NCBI GenBank assembly: GCA_022813965.1
Contig: JALDZS010000014.1
Location: 1 to 64,000, forward strand
DNA from: Toensbergia leucococca
Lineage: Eukaryota
Direction: 5' to 3'
Length of the DNA: 64,000 nt
This document shows positions 63,009-64,000 of the stretch, in pieces. The notes beneath the pieces were generated by a model. That model had not been told where the DNA came from. It was given only the letters and a program-made list of their open reading frames with translations, and made no database searches. Position numbers and translations under genes: made by a program. Each line of letters starts with the position of its first letter. The stretch's first letter is position 1.

Positions 63009-64000
63009 ATGGCTTACTTTCTCCCTTCCTTCTTCCAAAAACGAATTCTACGATATGCCCTTTCTCGACTGGAGCTGCTCGATACCGATGCTTTGGATCT
63101 GGAAAAACTGGATATTGTGTGGGGAAAGAGAAGCACTGTTGAGCTGCGGGACCTTGGACTACAATTGAAGGTGAGAACACAAGGGCGTTATAGAAGCCTT
63201 CATAGCTTACTGACGGGGCGATGTCAATAGAAACTATCTACCTTTCTTCAAATACCCCAGGCTCTTGACCTTGTCAAAGCTAAAATCCTTCTCCTTCGAA
63301 TAACTGTGCCCGCCGATCTCTATAAAAGCGGAATCTTGATCGAGGTCGAAGGAGTGGAGGTGCAGCTAGATGCAGACTTGGCAGAAAAAGAAGAGGACAA
63401 TGACAAGAAACCCAAGCAGCGAGACGGTAGAAGAGAAGGTCTTGCAAAAGGCATCAAAGCAGATCGACCTCGAAGTACCCAGCCTCTAGTTCATGACCCT
63501 GGTGGAGTGCCAGAAACGCAGCCACCACAGATCGATGATGACAACAACGATGACGGAGATGCGCTTGATCAACTACCCACATCCGATGACCTCGCGCAGT
63601 CTTTCTTGAAGGCGGAATCCCCAGTGGAAAAAGTCGAATTACAGGTCGGTCTTGAACAATCTCAGTATTTAAAGCAACCTCGGGCACAAAGCGCAAGCAG
63701 TGAAGACGAGTCCGCTCTGGGGATTGGGAATGGTCTTTCACTTCCAGGCTTTCTCGCAGATTTCCTGAAAGGGGTATCAAATAGGCTTGAGCTAAAGATT
63801 AATGACATCCAACTTGACGTGAGATTAAATCTAGACCTCCCCACAGGAATAGCTGCCAACAGCAACAGTATCGATAAATTAGACGCTGTGAGGTTACGAC
63901 TCTCGATTGAAAATCTAATCCTCAATGGAATTTCCACATCTGTAACGGGCTTAAACGATGTCCAACCAAAGGGAGTGACGAAGACGATCCAAAGAGAGGA
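63009..64000 (+). CDS. ATG2: Autophagy-related protein 2, N-terminal chorein region (intron 63171-63230); truncated by window end
   Basis: [51 protein letters not shown] matches fungal Atg2 N-termini; exon 2 continues ...[22 protein letters not shown]...[13 protein letters not shown]. Confidence 0.9.

Overview
Gene-dense, intron-containing genomic DNA from a filamentous ascomycete (GT-AG introns with CTAAC/CTGAC-type branch sites; a lichen-forming fungus is my guess from composition, not demonstrable here). The left ~3.4 kb is decayed DNA: the 3' half of a mutated DD34E Tc1/mariner transposase and a disrupted large-subunit catalase pseudogene. The rest holds about 24 mostly housekeeping genes: ELL-like elongation factor, DUF2237, Sln1-type hybrid histidine kinase, SCP2, Nup2, a PXB/DUF3818 protein, omega-amidase, three MFS transporters, an F-box protein, a muconate cycloisomerase-like lactonase, SurE, a peroxisomal quinone reductase, PIR and GPI wall proteins, an ADA2-like deaminase and the 5' end of ATG2. 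I see no multi-gene novel system, CRISPR array, rRNA or tRNA. The best leads are an intron-split 73-aa secreted prepropeptide gene missed by the ORF track (15316-15596), a non-canonical RIP-like stop-codon spectrum in the transposase, a recurrent intergenic TACTCGTA/TACGAGTA motif, and possible alternative-start isoforms of DUF2237 and Nup2. All family calls come from motif recognition by eye; no database search was run.
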